A DNA stretch of 64,000 bases from assembly GCA_038496445.1 (NCBI GenBank), contig JALMLS010000378.1, forward strand, positions 186,001-250,000, in the 5' to 3' direction. Within the stretch, counting starts at the first letter, position 1. Every line of letters begins with the position of its first letter. The notes below the pieces were generated by a model. It ran no database searches. It saw nothing but the letters and a program-made list of their open reading frames with translations, and was not told the origin of the DNA. Below, piece by piece: positions 12,747 to 24,132 of the stretch. Origin of the DNA: Trichosphaerium sp. ATCC 40318 (lineage: Eukaryota > Protista > Tubulinea). The position numbers and the translations under genes were made by a program.

Positions 12747-15038
12747 ATGAACATCTTGCTGTGCTTGACGCTTACTTGTCTTGTTTTTACAGTGCAAGGG
12801 AGTCTTAGACCACCAGAGAATGAACGGTTATTCGTTTCACCTGTCATTGACGCTAAAATTACCGAAATAAGCTCAAAACTAAAGGATAAGACGCTAGCAT
12901 CGCTGTTTGATAACTGTTTTCCTAATACCCTCGATACAACTGTACACTTCGACGAAACGGCGAAAAAAACGTACATTATCACAGGTAGGTTTGTTATGGA
13001 GCTAATTACTATCAAAATAAACTAATAGAGGCAAAAAAGGCGATATAGACGCTATGTGGCTTCGAGACAGTACCAACCAGGTAAAATAAGCGCCTATTAT
13101 CAGTTTAAACCAACAAAAAAAAGAAGTTGAACTTTCTTGTTTTATTGTCGCCGAGAACTGACTAACATACCTTTTTAGGTTTGGCCTTACATACAGTTTG
13201 CAAAGGAGGAAGGTCATCTTGCAAATATGATTTCTGGGCTAGTTGCTACGCAAGCATCTCTTGTTAATTATGACCCTTATGCCAATGCTTTCAATCGAGA
13301 CACTACTGGTTCGTGAACACGTTTTGGTTTCGGGTTTTTTTTTTGAAAATTCATTCTTGGGTGTTTGTTGTTAGTTCATGCTTATGTACAAGAACATTAT
13401 TTTAAAACCAGACACTTAAGAATGTGCTTTAATGATGGAACACGTTCCTAGTACTTATTCCTTTGTTGTAGGTCATATTGGGTCTTGGCAAGGTGATGCT
13501 ACTTTCAAGAGAGGTTTTATGAATACTCGCGTATGGTTTACTGTTTTAGTGAACTATCTCTTGCTTCTACTTCAGTTAACAACTTTCCAGGTCCCAGCGA
13601 TGACATCACACTTGCATGAAAGAAAGTTTGAAATTGATTCTTTATTGGCGTTCTTGAAGTTAAGCCGTGCTTACTTTAATGTCACTTCAGATAAATCCAT
13701 TTTCACTACGGAATGGATAGAGGTTAGATAAACTACAGGATAATTTTGAAAATATGACACTATGCAAGGCCGTATCTAAAGTACTAGAAGTATTTGAAGA
13801 TCAACAAAAAGGAAGCGATGAGCAAAGCACTGGCGGTTATTTTTTTCAGAGAACTTCACCTGTGCCAACAGATACTCTACAACATGGTGTTGGACCTGCC
13901 TCAAAGAGAACAGGAATGCTTAAATCTCCGTTTAGGTATATTGAACGCAAGGAATTGAATTAACAGTACCCTTAGGCCAAGCGATGATGCTACAACGTTT
14001 CAGTTTCTGGTATTCTAGACTTAGTTTTTTTTTTAATCAAACATCAGTGTTTTTTGACTTCTTCTTTAGGTTCCAGCAAATGCTATGGCAGTTGTTGAAC
14101 TAGGTTATATCGAAAACATCCTAAAGTCCATCAATCAAACAGTACTTGCTACAAAGGCTGGAGCGCTTGCTGCTGCTGTACAAGCAGGTTCGTTCATTGT
14201 TGTACACAGTCAAAAACATTTATACTGGTACAGGTATTAACGCACATGCTGTTATTAATCACCCTACTGCGGGTAAAATTATGGCATATGAGGTCGATGG
14301 ATATGGATCTTATCTGGCTTCAGATGACGCCAGTAAGCCTAAAAGTTAATCTATTTATTTTCTTATTCTACTTTCAGATGTCCCGAGTCTGTTGAGTTTA
14401 CCTTATCTCGGGTATTGTAAGACTGATGATGCCTTATATGTCAATACAAGAAAGTTCGTTTTAAGCAAACAAAATCCATACTACTTTGTGGGTAGTGCTG
14501 GAACTGGCGTTGGCAGTCCTCATATCGGCTTTGGTTTGTAATTTTTTTGATTTTCTTTATTAATTTTTTTGCCAGGTTCTATATGGCCCATGAGTATTAT
14601 CATGCAAGCTCAAACATCTACAGATGATACAGAAATTCTAAGTTGCTTAGAAATCTTAAAAAAATCTGCTTTTGATGGTACGATAAGCGAACAAAGTTCA
14701 AAGTTTTATGGGTTTTGTTTATTACTTTTAAAAGTTAAAATCTGCATGGAAGTCGATTTTCTTTAAAATACTTCGCTTTTATGCATATAAAATTCATGTT
14801 CGTACAATCAATAGTACTTGATAGTATTAGCCATAAACTCAATTTACATAATAGATTCTTATGCAGTCACTAAACAACTATTTATTTTGACATTTTTCTT
14901 TTTGTAGGATTTATGCATGAAAGTTTTTCAAAGGATAATGTTCAAGATTATACTAGACCTTGGTTTGCTTGGGTAAATTCCATGTATGGAGACTTGATAA
15001 TCCATCTATCCAAAACAAAGCCACACTTGATATTTTAG
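12747..15038 (+). CDS. Secreted GH125 exo-alpha-1,6-mannosidase-like protein (multi-exon)
   Basis: Motifs FDNCFPNTLDTT, TGDIDAMWLRDS, ERKFEIDSL, FRPSDDA, YEVDGYG, DDANVPSLLSLPYLG, GSPH, WPMSII, MHESF, YTRPWFAW. Confidence 0.93.
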
Positions 15039-15290
15039 AAAAAAAACGTGTTGACAATAAATTATTGACACAAAAAGTAACAAACATCTTTGTTCTCTTC
15101 GTTGTACCAATAGCGCTGTGGTAACGTACTTTTTACACTGTTAGATGCGCTTAGTAAGCACGATTAACATTGCATCATAACACACGTGGATTTAAGGAGG
15201 ACAGGGTAATAGCTTCAATTCAACAAATGTTACGATTTTTGTTGACTTTAAGATTATTTTTGTTTGTTACTTAGTTTCGTTTTACTCAAA

Positions 15291-18185
15291 ATGGAGGCTG
15301 AACATGATCAAATATCACTATTTGATGCTTGGGAGTCGTATAAGAATGGTTCATTGAAGTGTTCGTGTGACACTACGTCTACAAAGCTATCTACGTACTG
15401 GAACGCTAAAAACACTCCAGAATATCCGTTTGACGGTGTTTTAATAGGCTCACGGTTTGTTAACATCCTGTTTTCCTTTTTTTATCTAATACTTACTCTG
15501 CTACCTTACAGCGCGTATGCGGTCCATTCAAAGACAGATTTATCCGACCAAATTGATTGGGACATAATTGTTGAACCTGTACGCTTGAATATCACAAAAC
15601 CGTATTTAACAACGTATATTGATAAGGCTTCTCTTATATCTATCAAAGAATTCGCTTCTGGACGAGAATTAGTAAAGACAGTTCAAATTGAGACTTCAGA
15701 TAAAGTTGTATTACAAGAAACATCCTTTGTAATAAGGTCAACCGATATGACTTTCGATTGCGATGTACGTTGCAACAAAAACACTCCTTCTGCCGCTTTT
15801 TTTGAACTTTTTTTTTAATTTCTGTTCACGTGCTCAAAGCATTTACTTTCGCATCGCATATGAATTTTAAAGTCTTTGGCCCTTTGTCGTTGTTTATGAA
15901 CACGTGATGAAAAATAATTTTGTTACCAAAAAATAGGTCATGGATTCAGTTGCAAAGAAATGCCGCAACTCAACAGCCCTGTTATTCGATATTGTTTCTA
16001 AAGAATCTCCAATACGTACTATAAAGTTACTCAATATGACGTTGGCCGTTCCTTCTTTAGAAGCACTCATAGCCATAAAAAAGAGTCATTTAGCATGGTA
16101 CAACTCTAATCTTTTCTTGCTTTTTTCTTTGATTTTGTTGATTACCTTGACCATTTTGTAGGGATATAAACTGGGTTAAACATGCTAGAAAGTACATAGA
16201 TATGATAGATCATACTAAACGTGTTCTTGGAGATGACGAAAAGCGTGATTTAGATGAGCTTTACAAAACACGTTGTGCTGAAACTGCAATACGTAGTAAG
16301 GTAAGATCAGGATCTATAGATGTTGATTGGTATGGATCGACGAAATCCCATAGTCAAGCAATAAGCGAGCTGCTTTCAGATAAGATACAAGCAAAACTAC
16401 CAGATTATAAGGATATTAAAGACAAGCCAATTGAAGAAAAGCTGGAATGGTACAAAGAGAGCTAAAACACTTTTTTTTTCTTCTTTGACGACCATATATC
16501 CAAAAGTTGTTTGAAATGAATTCATTTCTGGATACCCTATTTCTTGGCAATACAATAATATTATAAGGTCACGTGTTGGGGTTTTTTAAGTTCTATTTTA
16601 GGGTAAGAAACAAGGCAATACTGACTTCGCTTGAAGAAGTTATTGTACCTTTTCCAGGTACCTGCTTTACACCTCAAGTATGCCAACGCATTTTATCGAT
16701 AGAACAAATATAAATGTGCTTACGTTATACACCCTAAGGAAGGTTACGAGAAAGGTCTTGCTATCGTTTGTACTCAAGGAAATGACTTTGATTGTTCTAT
16801 GTTTATTGTAGACAATTTAAAATCAGTTTGGTCCTGTCCTCGTGATGACTTGTTACAAGTAGCAAAAATAGTTATAGATCATAGAATTGCATCCCAGCCT
16901 GTACGCAATTTTATCATGCATAATTTGGTGATTAATTATCAAGATAGGTGCCATCAAGGAATGTTAAACGAAAACCAAAACAAGTACAATTTGATTTACC
17001 TCACACTGACTTTGAGCTTTTCAATGGGATACCAAGTGAAGTTTTAATGGGTATTTTCTCGTTTTTGAATAAGTGTTATGCGAATGATTATGATGATAAG
17101 GATCCTTGGAAAGCTCTTTCTTGCGTATCGAAAGCATGGCATTCCCAGCTCAGAGACAATGATCTATGGTTTAGAATTTATCAAGACTTGTACGGATATT
17201 GGTTGCTCTTTAACCACGCTCTATCTCTTTCTTTTTAAACTCACACTCCTAGATTTGAAGATGTTGTTCAAGTAGATCACATCAATGTCGAATGGCGCGC
17301 TTTATACTGCAGTAGAGTAAAGTCTATGGCTGCTGACAAGAGAGATTATGATATTGATAAATATATAAAGAAGCTTTCTGTTTACATAGATGATTATAAT
17401 AGATGGCTTGACAAGCTACTTACGTCCGAAGATTATGCATATAGTTATGGTACACACTCTAATCCGAGTGTATATCAGCACGTTGAACTTATGAAAAACC
17501 TTGATACTATTGATGTACGCTGAAAACTGTTTTGCTTTTTTTTTTAGTTCAGGTTGTTTGTACGTTTAACCGCTAACTTGATTCCTAGGAAATAAAATAC
17601 TTTCTTTCTTCGTTATATATTATATCCAAAAATAAAAAAGAGACAGAAGGGCGGACAATGTCAGGTTAGCCTTTTTTCAGCCATGGCTCTTTTTGAATAA
17701 CAAAAAAAAATCCTAGGTATGGAGTACCGTTTCACTGATCTCAATGCTCAGTACTTCTCTTATTGTGGAAGGGAATATACGTTAAAGATACAACTCAAAG
17801 AAGACCTTGCAGGTAAGTTTATTTTCTAAAAATTATTGGTAAGCCACTAACACGTGATACTTTCTCTTTAGGTTATAGAAAAGGTGATAGTAAATGTTGG
17901 GGATATATTCCAGATTTTAATTTAATTATTGATGTTTATGTCGGTGACAATAAAGCCTTTCAAGTCTCTACTACAGAAAGATTAAGAGATATTAAAAGTA
18001 GCCGTTGGGTAGATATTTTATCAGCTTTAAGCTTGAAGCACATGAACGCCACGTAAGTGTAAACTGTTTTGTTGTTTTTCTGTGATTTGATTTTTTCTTT
18101 TAGGCTCCTGATGTATGTTCTATTACAAGTACTCGGTGAATGCTCGGGCTTCCACTCTCATATTCACTCTGCAATGACACATTAA
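15291..18185 (+). CDS. Nucleotidyltransferase-like domain fused to an F-box and an unknown C-terminal domain (multi-exon)
   Basis: LIGSRA...IDWDII (hGS + DxD), AIKKSHLAW.NWVKH; phase-0 intron 16901-16947 joins in frame to F-box GIPSEVLMGIFSFL...LSCVSKAW...DNDLW. Confidence 0.7.
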
Positions 18186-18300
18186 ATACTATTTGGAATA
18201 ATTGTTGGGAGCTCAACCCTAAAATTTATTCTGCCTCAATAAAACTATTTCCTTTGATTTCACAACAACAATAAAACGCAGTTTAACTTACAAACTTCCC

Positions 18301-18720
18301 ACACTTGACCTTTCTTACACTTCAATAACACACGAAGGGATCAAATCACTAGCAGGTGTTCATAAAATTAGCCCCTTAACTTTGTTTGTGGATAGAACGT
18401 ACATCCAAGTTTGTGTTCTCAATACCAGCACCATGTCATTTAGTCAACCAAATGCCGAAACTTTGATAACGTTACAACTTTCACCTCGGAAGGCTTGATG
18501 CTTGTTTACACAAATTTGGTGAACTATAAGAGACCGACTGTTGTCCACAGAGTTGGCATACAACTCTACGCACAAAAACTGATTGGTATACCAAAAACTT
18601 AAACTCTCCTCGTTTATCATTGACATATTCTACGTGATTCAAGGCAAAGACGTATATGTTAACCGTGTTGTGAACTAACTGCTTACACATTGTGCCAACC
18701 TAATCTGTTTATGTGTATTG
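18301..18720. pseudogene. Relic fragments of the F-box/LRR family
   Basis: + strand 18301-18372 translates TLDLSYTSITHEGIKSLAGVHKIS, one LRR unit of the 3756..5516 family; adjacent minus-strand sequence is weakly coding-like. Confidence 0.55.
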
Positions 18721-18823
18721 AAGGGCGCGGAGAATGTGAAGTTTAATCATTGGACAAATAAAAAAAAACTATCCAGTACTAATCTTGTTGACCTTTTTTC
18801 TTGCTTTGTTTAATATCTACAAC

Positions 18824-20980
18824 ATGGAGGAAGATGGAGATGATTTAATTAAATACGGTTTTATCGAAAAGCAGCGAAGAACAGGTTTGAGAAAGGTAAC
18901 TGCGTGTACTATTTTGTTATTTTATTATGAGCGCCCAATCTGATCTTTTACGCCGTTTTTTGTTAAATATCGCTTATAGAAATGGTCTATTCGAAGGCTA
19001 GAGCTACGCCATGATTGTGTTGAATACTTCAAAGCAGATACGAAAAAAGTATAACAGTAGTGAACCTTTTACCCTATTTGTTTTTATCACGTGATTTTTT
19101 TTAAATTAGCACATGATACAATAAAATTTGACATAAGAATTCATCTGCGGCTTTTTTTTTGAAAGATTGACTATTATCTTTTTAACTTTCTTACTGGTGG
19201 TAGAGTACACGTGATAATGCTGTTTATATTAAACGAGATTCGTTTGAATTGAGTAAAGTTCTAAAAGCACGGTTGTCAAAGCGAGTGTGGCATAGAAAGA
19301 AAAACCTAGAGCCTTTATCTGAGTTTATTGTGTACACATTAGAAGGTTTACTGCATTTACGATCAAGTACGCTTTCAATCGTGATCGCCAGGAACTGAAC
19401 TCCTTCCGTGCTTATCAATTTATTTAGCGTCTAAACAAGCCAGGTTATGGGTACAGGGCATAGAACAAGCGAGACGAGGTACTCCGAAACAATTGTCCAA
19501 GATACAGTTTTAAACTAACTAAAACTTCGCAGAACTAGAAAAGAGCAAAACGCTCGTAGACGACAGCATAGCGAGGTCATTTACTATATCACCTCCTTCA
19601 AAAGTAGAAGCGGTTCCGTATTCTTCACAAACTTTATCTCACGCAGCAGTCAAAGCGTTCGAGAGTAGCGACACTGAACACGAAGTGCCCATGTACGAAA
19701 AGAGATAAAAAAAAATAAAAACCAATTTTTTTTCTAGAGCACCACCACGCAGAAAGAAACCAAGAGCTGCTACAACTAGGGAGCATAGAAGAAGGAAAGA
19801 GAGACCTTCCGTACTATCAGATAACTCATGGAACAAAAACAACAGAAACCCAAGAAAAACAGCCAAGAAAAATGAGAACAGTTACAGAAGAAGAAGAAAC
19901 CAATCTGACACAACAACAAACCCACACACAAACACAAGAGAAAGAATATTTGAAAAGGAACAAAGCGATGATCATCGAATGATATTTGAGGATGAAAGCG
20001 ACGATCATCAAAGAATACCACGTGATAGATTAGGCAGAAAAATACCTTTACCAACAAAAATTCCAATACCAAGAGTTGTTGTAGATGAATCAAAACGAAG
20101 CCATACAGTAGGCAGAAAGCCTACTTATAATGAAGATCTGAGGTACTTTGGATTAAGAGATATGATGGCTCATACTTTTGATACTCCACCTGCGTTTATG
20201 AACGCAAACTTTGGCGAAAAAGATCTCTGTGACATAGATGAACTCTCAACGCCTTTCGGAACAAGAAAAAATCGCGTAAGTAATTACGATAACTTGATAC
20301 CTTTACCTGAAGATGTTGGCGCATCTACTGGAAATGAACCTATCAGTTATACAGAGAACGTAACATTTCATACACCTGATGAGGTATTGGACGATGGCGA
20401 CTTCTTTTTGAGGGCAGAACCGAAAAAACAAGAAATCGACAACCGACCACCTTCTCCTCGTAGACCAACAAAGAAACCACCGAAACCGATCCTTAGAAAT
20501 ACAGCACAAAGAAGAAAGAGTCCAAGACCTATTAACAATAGTTCTGGATTCTTAGAAGTACCACAAGGCAGACAAACAACGCCAGCACGTTCAAGGCAAA
20601 AGCGACAAAGGAAGAATGTGAAGGATATTGTATTTCAAGAAAAAACCAAGAAACAGCATCAACCAAGTAATACAATACCGATCTTACCACCACCTCCTGA
20701 GAATCTATCAAGAGTTATTCTTCCTAAAAAATCAGCATTTATGAAAACTAATAACCAAAGGCCGTTAAGAATGGTTAACGAACAACCAACTTCATTGTTT
20801 CCTAAAAACAAGCAAGTAAGAAAAAGACCAAAACTTGTTATTGTAGAACCAGATCGGCTTGTAGCTGATTTGAAAAGTGTTCAAACAAGGAGACGTCAGC
20901 CAAGAAATACTCAAAAGTACTCTCATCATGTAAGCCCAAGACGCTCTCCAACTGGAGCAAGTCATCAAATTAATCAATAA
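18824..20980 (+). CDS. N-terminal PH-domain protein with long low-complexity basic/Pro-rich tail
   Basis: LIKYGFIEKQ...KKWSIRRLELRHDCVEYFK...LHLR...ARLWVQGIEQAR is a PH pattern; last exon is ORF 19979..20980. Confidence 0.8.
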
Positions 20981-21142
20981 AGATATACTATTGCTTTTTT
21001 TAGGCAAGCTGTTCTAATAAACTGTGACATTGTTAAGCTGCCAGAATGGTCAAATACTCACACGCTTTTTAAGTGTTCTGTACTTTGTATATAAAAATGA
21101 TCCCCTTTCGTTAACAGGCTTGATTGTTAATGTGAATAGGTT

Positions 21143-22450
21143 TTAAGGTTTATTTGCTCTTTTCAAATGCGCTTTTCTTGAAAAGGGAAATACTGTTTCA
21201 CGTGCAGATGGTATAGCAAAAATGAGTACAGTAATTAGGAGTACAACAAGTACAATAACAACAACAATAACAACAACAGTAGTTGGGAATGCTGTGTTGT
21301 CATCAGAAACGCCACAAGATTCACCAAATACAACAGTAAGTAGTGATTTTCCTAAAAGACAATAAGTGGGTATTGTCATATTCTTTGTACCTTGTATAAA
21401 GCACGATCCTTCAGATAATGTTATATTTCCTAAGTCAACGTCACAAGTTCCATTATACTTGAATAAGTCAATTGAAGTTGTAGGCTGTAGAAAGAGGAAT
21501 AAGAAAAGTAGAACAAAAAAAAACCGTTGAATTTATTTTTGAGTACCATTGTTACATTGATCAAGACCTCCCCCTCAAAACGAGGACATCCGATTATATC
21601 TATAGTTGAATTTACGCCTACCTGTAGAATAGTGTCCTTGAACACCAAGTCGCCTCAGAATGGGTTAGCTTGTCATTAGCAAAAAACACAAATCTGATGC
21701 TAGTTTGTACCAGTTATTTCGACCTCTTCGTCAACAACTACATCACCAACAATAGGAGCATCAATCGTTGTAAGGTTATCATAACATATCAATTCACGTC
21801 TTCTAGCACATTCGAATGATTTAAACTCTAAGGGCAAGGATGAAAAGACTGATGACTAAAAAAACCTACGCCTGAAAGAAGAACCTTGCACACAATCTTT
21901 TTTCTCTCTTCCGGGTCTTGGATGCCCTTTTTCCCAGTAAAGCCGCAGAAACAGTGATGTGTTGCTACCAGCTTCATCCAAAAATAATGACGTATTCAGC
22001 ATTGAAACATTACTTCTCTGCCATACAATCCGCGATAGCTGGTCTGTACATTTGGCACACTCATCTGGCTTTCTTCTACAAGTATTACATACGTTATTTC
22101 GTAACCTTGTGTCATCGGATTGTATGTCTTTGGCTTCTAACCAATATTCTGATGTCCTAGGAAGCTTACTGAGCGTATCAGAATTTAATACTTCTATTAA
22201 TCCTCCTCTAATAGATATTACGTTGTTGATTATACAACAAACAAGTAACGATCACGTGATAATGCGAACCTTGTTCCACAGGCTGTACGCGCTTCGTTCA
22301 AATGTATTTTATCACATGAAACGAATGCAATAGATAACACTAAGCTAACGACAAAGCCAACAGAATAATACATAAAGCTACCTCAACTGCAATACTGAAT
22401 ACGACTTTTTCACAAAGAAACCAAGTTTTGCTCTAAACGGTAAAGTCCAC
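21143..22450 (-). CDS. Hypothetical type I membrane protein (multi-exon; start approximate)
   Basis: Cys-containing beta-rich exons separated by short GT-AG introns; C-terminal TM VVVIVVVIVLVVLLITVLIFAIP and basic tail. Confidence 0.55.
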
Positions 22451-22763
22451 ATTTCTCAACGAACATGATTTTGTTGCTAAGAAGGCTTTATAAAATGTAG
22501 TATGTTCATTAGTTTAATGAGTACACTACCTACAATGCGCGAGTCACTAAGAACGGAACATACAAAGATCGATTGTCAAAACAAGCAATCAAATATTTGA
22601 GGATTGCCCCAAATGAGCGATCTAACAAATCACTCTTGCGACCAAAGTTCATAAAAACTTCGAAAGGGACAAGTCAACGTGTTTCGTTGAGTTGCTTTTT
22701 TTCCGACATTGTTTTTATTGTATTCCTACATTACGAACATCACTTGTAGACCGGTTTCATACA

Positions 22764-23663
22764 ATGGAATTACAAAAAAGTATAAGCGTTTACGCCTCTC
22801 CTTCGTTCTTAGAGGGTATTAACTCGGATATGTTCAAATTGATAGTAACTTCGCTCTTAAACGTCGACACACCAGCTGTGTGTCAGCTCAAAGCTACCAG
22901 CAAGCGTCTAAACGAACGTATAACCTCTATACCTTATTTAACGGAAGATAAGATAAAAGAGATAACAGCCCTTCAAATCATCAAACCGACGCCTGAAACG
23001 TTCAATAGACTACTCAGATGTATAGAAAACGGAAAATACAGGGTATTCTTCACAGATGCATACAGAAACAAGTTTTTCTATGTTTCCCTTTGGGACGGCC
23101 TTACAAACCGCGAATCAACTCGTCTGGGGATAAGTCCATTCTTCCAATTAAACGACAACCCAATAGCTCGCGACCTCAACCTTTGGACTTGGCCTAAGTC
23201 TGTTCTTTGTGATGACTGCTACGAGATTACTGATGATATGAGACATAGAAGAACTCATAATATAGCTGCTGCATCAACACGTGATAAAAACGTTTGTAGT
23301 GGACATATTAAGTATAACGAGAAGTTTACTATGTTTGTATGCTCTGATTGTTTCTGTGGTAATGCTGCTTTTGAGTATAAAGGGAAGAGGTTCTGTTGTG
23401 GATGTTTTTCTAAGAGTCAGTTACGTTGTTTGAAGTATATAGTAGAAAATGAGGTTGTATTTGCTGGTGGTATATCAGGTGATTTTCCTAGATTTGATAA
23501 GTGTGATAAGAGTAAGTTGCTTGAAGAACCTTTGAATGATGAGATGAAAGCAAAACTAGCTGAGGATTGTAGTTTTTGTTATAGTATTCAAGAGGTTAAT
23601 GCTGATTATGTGGATGATGATATGTTTGAGAGAACTTGTCTTTGGCTTGTTGGATGGGATTAA
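22764..23663 (+). CDS. Intronless protein with divergent F-box-like N-terminus and several CxxC motifs
   Basis: First ATG at 22764; LEGINSDMFKLIVTSLL...QLKATSKRL is F-box-like; CDDC, CSDC, CCGC and CSFC motifs. Confidence 0.65.
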   Translation: MELQKSISVYASPSFLEGINSDMFKLIVTSLLNVDTPAVCQLKATSKRLNERITSIPYLTEDKIKEITALQIIKPTPETFNRLLRCIENGKYRVFFTDAYRNKFFYVSLWDGLTNRESTRLGISPFFQLNDNPIARDLNLWTWPKSVLCDDCYEITDDMRHRRTHNIAAASTRDKNVCSGHIKYNEKFTMFVCSDCFCGNAAFEYKGKRFCCGCFSKSQLRCLKYIVENEVVFAGGISGDFPRFDKCDKSKLLEEPLNDEMKAKLAEDCSFCYSIQEVNADYVDDDMFERTCLWLVGWD

Positions 23664-24132
23664 AAAAGGAAAAAAGAGCAAAGTAAGACTATTGTCTTAT
23701 TTTTCTTGATATCTTTTGATTTGTAGTTAATAAATATAGTTAGTTTTCTTCTTCTTCACTCCAGTTTATTTAATTTCTGGTTACGACATTCAAAATACCA
23801 CTTAAAGTGTGTAAGTTAAGAAACTTAGAGGTGGTATATAATGTCTATTGCCGGTGAGCATTTAGCTTTGCATACATGGCAAAGAAAATGCATTGAACAA
23901 AATTTTTTTCAAATTCTCGCTAATTAACAAAAGATTTGAAGATTTAGCTACGTGTTGTTACAATTAGGTTTTATTAAAAGATATCACGGCTGTAAACCGT
24001 ATATTTATTCTTTGTTGTTTTTAGAAATTTCCAGGCGTCTCTAAAGCTGTAACACATTCTAGAAGTCTGAAGTATTTTTTTTTTCCTTTTTTTTTTTTGA
24101 AAACTTTTTTTTGGATGGATGTTCCTTCCTTA

